This document shows, in pieces, positions 47,398 through 48,547 of a stretch of DNA of 48,547 nucleotides. The notes beneath the pieces are model-generated. The model was not told where the DNA came from. It saw only the letters and a program-made list of their open reading frames with translations, and did no database searches. The stretch covers positions 1-48,547 of IMG/VR virus record IMGVR_UViG_3300020042_010851. One strand, given 5' to 3'. How positions within the stretch are numbered: position 1 is the stretch's first letter; each line of letters begins with the position of its first letter. This DNA comes from a virus. Its lineage: Duplodnaviria; Caudoviricetes. The translations under genes were made by a program, and so were the position numbers.

Positions 47398-47446
47398 TTC
47401 TATCATCATGCCGTGTAAATTAAACAAACCAAAAAAACCAGTAATT

Positions 47447-47662
47447 ATGATTGAGATAAAAGAAATCCCATTTAAAATCTGTGAGCATAACCCCAAGGCA
47501 CAAAGTGTCTGCTGTCCAGATCAACCCGTTGACTTTAACGAATTTTTTGAAAATATTCAAACCCAAATTAAAAAAATATATGACTCTACGAGATGCAATT
47601 CAACTGAAAAAAGACTTTCAGTTCGAGAAAAAAACGCTAACAACCCTATACACCGGAGATAA
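47447..47662 (+). CDS. Hypothetical protein
   Basis: ATG 47447 after an A-rich leader; overlaps the next gene. Confidence 0.45.
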   Translation: MIEIKEIPFKICEHNPKAQSVCCPDQPVDFNEFFENIQTQIKKIYDSTRCNSTEKRLSVREKNANNPIHRR

Positions 47663-47840
47663 GGTTTATCATTATTTTACATTAATTGTCAATGGTGTAA
47701 GCCTGCACTTGGCTCCAGATGATAATAGAGATAATGTTTGGTATGGTTCGATATTCGATTACTCAGTTAAGTTTTACACTTGGGATAGCTTTAAATCTTT
47801 AATTAAATCAATTCAAAATGGAGAGTGGGATGAAGAATGA
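47580..47840 (+). CDS. Hypothetical protein
   Basis: ATG 47580 (MTLRDAIQLK). Confidence 0.6.
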   Translation: MTLRDAIQLKKDFQFEKKTLTTLYTGDKVYHYFTLIVNGVSLHLAPDDNRDNVWYGSIFDYSVKFYTWDSFKSLIKSIQNGEWDEE

Positions 47841-48015
47841 GATACTAATAGTTGAGGCCAATGTCAATGGTATTCCTCAATGGCGTATTTACATCAATCA
47901 AGAATTGAAGCGTATGTTCTCAACCAAAGAACAAGCAGAGGGTTATGTTAACTTACTTAATAAAACAGTGCAGGTAATTGAAGTACCATTAACCTACGGA
48001 GGAGGTGAGCAATGA
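47830..48015 (+). CDS. Hypothetical protein
   Basis: ATG 47830; ends YGGGEQ. Confidence 0.6.
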   Translation: MKNEILIVEANVNGIPQWRIYINQELKRMFSTKEQAEGYVNLLNKTVQVIEVPLTYGGGEQ

Positions 48016-48398
48016 CAAACAATAAACAACAAACTTACACTATTGAACAAATAGCCAAGCAAAACAACATTGCTTTGTATTTGAACGCCAAAGGTGAAGA
48101 TAACACTGGGTTTTCATCTCGTGGAAATAGTCTGTGTAATGCGGAGATTTATATAAGTAAGTGCGACAATAAGGAAATACAAAAAGCAATTTTTTTTCAT
48201 GAATTAGGACACCTGCTTCAAGATAAAGAGAATTACTCATTTCCGCACCAATTTCACTATGAACTTGATGCTTGGTTAACTGGATTGAAGATTGGTTATG
48301 ATTATGGTTATTTTATAGAATCTAATATATTCTTTGAACTACTTGTACCAAGTCTAAAATCATATCAAATAAAAGGAATTAAATATAAGAAACTATGA
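48012..48398 (+). CDS. HExxH metallopeptidase-like (ImmA/IrrE-like) protein
   Basis: FFHELGH...ELDAW. Confidence 0.65.
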   Translation: MTNNKQQTYTIEQIAKQNNIALYLNAKGEDNTGFSSRGNSLCNAEIYISKCDNKEIQKAIFFHELGHLLQDKENYSFPHQFHYELDAWLTGLKIGYDYGYFIESNIFFELLVPSLKSYQIKGIKYKKL

Positions 48399-48547
48399 CA
48401 AACGATAAACAACAAACGGCAATAGGAATTGTAAACCATAAAATTGATAACTTAGAATGGGCATTTCAATTTAATAATGATGTACCAGTAATGATTGCTG
48501 AATACATTAATGGAAAAAGAGAAATGAACCTTACAATTGGTGATACT
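48395..48547 (+). CDS. Hypothetical protein (partial)
   Basis: MTNDKQQTA..., open to the window end. Confidence 0.65.
   Translation, partial: MTNDKQQTAIGIVNHKIDNLEWAFQFNNDVPVMIAEYINGKREMNLTIGDT

Noticed and set aside
1-48547. Stop-codon reassignment (seen in some crAss-like phages)
   Set aside because: Long ORFs tile both arms under code 11, and no suppressor tRNA is seen.

Overview
Partial genome of a podovirus-type phage with a crAss-like virion module. The host is very probably Bacteroidota: TAnnTTTG -7 promoter boxes and A-rich, SD-less starts. Standard genetic code. Bases 1-32453 (minus strand) hold the late/structural arm: tail fibre, YkuD-like lysin, repeat fibre, a 3456-aa giant virion protein, ejection proteins, muzzle/ring proteins, major capsid, scaffold, portal and RusA. 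Bases 32531-36796 (plus) encode DNA metabolism: SSB-like protein, YqaJ exonuclease, HNH/NinG-like protein, C5 methyltransferase, tRNA-Thr and GroES. Bases 36797-37650 are a repeat-rich non-coding block that may be the terminus or origin. Bases 37654-48547 (plus) are small early/accessory genes, including two more C5 MTases, a serine recombinase, a glucosaminidase and a DnaA-C-like protein. Highlights: (1) a dual-frame C5 methyltransferase whose TRD-like repeats and motif IX lie in a nested +1 ORF; (2) a giant polyvalent virion protein with an HEVGH protease and MTase/ART-like/unknown cargo modules separated by repeated SKSQ linkers; (3) two candidate structured ncRNAs; (4) a CATC-dense repeat block; (5) res-like sites upstream of early promoters. 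All family assignments come from motif recognition by eye; no searches were run.
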